From NCBI GenBank assembly GCA_964421125.1, contig CAYQVD010000002.1, forward strand, positions 13,579 to 77,578: a stretch of 64,000 bases of DNA. The letters are read 5' to 3'. This DNA comes from an uncultured Bdellovibrionales bacterium. Its GTDB lineage: Bacteria > Patescibacteriota > Minisyncoccia > Moranbacterales > DUUL01. The position numbers and the translations under genes are program-made. The first letter of the stretch is position 1. The number at the start of each line of letters is the position of its first letter. The notes beneath the pieces were generated by a model. The model was given only the letters and a program-made list of their open reading frames with translations, was not told where the DNA came from and made no database searches. Positions 63,686 to 64,000 of this stretch are shown piece by piece.

Positions 63686-64000
63686 ATGGATTACAAAATC
63701 ATCAAAAAATATTTAGACAAGCAAAAGATCAAAGTAATCTTATTATTAATTATGGTATTCTTTATTGCCGGTTGCAGTCAAAAAAGCGAACTGGGCAATA
63801 ATCCTTCCGATTCAGCCAAAGAGACAATTAATGAAGAAAATAAAGAAGAAACAGTGGCTTCTATTCCAGATAATCTTATTTCTTGCGATCCAGCCTACTT
63901 CAAACGCGGCACTGATGGCATAGCGCCTGACTGTGACACGTTTGAGGAAGGTAAGGTTTGTTCCTATCACACCAAAGAAAAAAATGGTGAGACTAAAATT
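63686..64000 (+). CDS. Putative lipoprotein; the 3' end lies outside the window.
   Basis: MDYKIIKKYLDKQKIKVILLLIMVFFIAGCSQ lipobox. Reading frame is open to the window end. Confidence 0.55.
   Translation, partial: MDYKIIKKYLDKQKIKVILLLIMVFFIAGCSQKSELGNNPSDSAKETINEENKEETVASIPDNLISCDPAYFKRGTDGIAPDCDTFEEGKVCSYHTKEKNGETKI

Overview
The window is an AT-rich (about 30% GC), gene-dense bacterial chromosome segment, mostly housekeeping genes with short intergenic spacers and few Shine-Dalgarno sequences. This is typical of a reduced-genome, anaerobic Patescibacteria/CPR-like organism; that is an inference from composition and gene content only. Recognisable genes, in order: the 3' part of thrS, a MiaB-family methylthiotransferase, rsmI, a short SMC, rnc, the class III anaerobic RNR nrdD with nrdR, a LigB-like protein, priA, def, fmt, a PrsW-like protease, recA, a RodZ-like protein, the str operon (rpsL-rpsG-fusA, a small insert gene, tuf), a division cluster (ftsZ, ftsA, a Trx-CcdA fusion, ftsW, a beta-helix secreted protein, mltG), a HlyD-like adaptor, folD, glyA, an FtsB-like protein, rpmH-rnpA-yidC-jag, a wzx-like flippase and a GT2, a second Trx-CcdA, an SPFH protein, the complete F1Fo ATP synthase operon (atpI-like, B, E, F, H, A, G, D, C), lepA and a XerC/D-like tyrosine recombinase. 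Accessory or unusual content: (1) a 1.1-kb zeta-toxin-like kinase cassette inserted at the 5' end of rsmI, bounded by perfect 59-bp direct repeats of the rsmI start. (2) A gene with an in-frame TGA. (3) A frameshifted AbiEii-type nucleotidyltransferase with a small upstream partner, followed by a tight three-gene operon of unknown acidic proteins. (4) Four copies of a roughly 70-bp palindromic intergenic element, two of them bracketing the HlyD gene. (5) Inverted 14-mer copies of a XerC-arm-like sequence next to the recombinase gene and 11 kb away. (6) A GC-richer region beyond the recombinase containing a Shine-Dalgarno-bearing 63-aa ORF framed by perfect 18-bp inverted repeats, plus ORF-free structured segments. 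No rRNA, tRNA or CRISPR array was found. All calls are by eye from sequence and translation; no database search was run.
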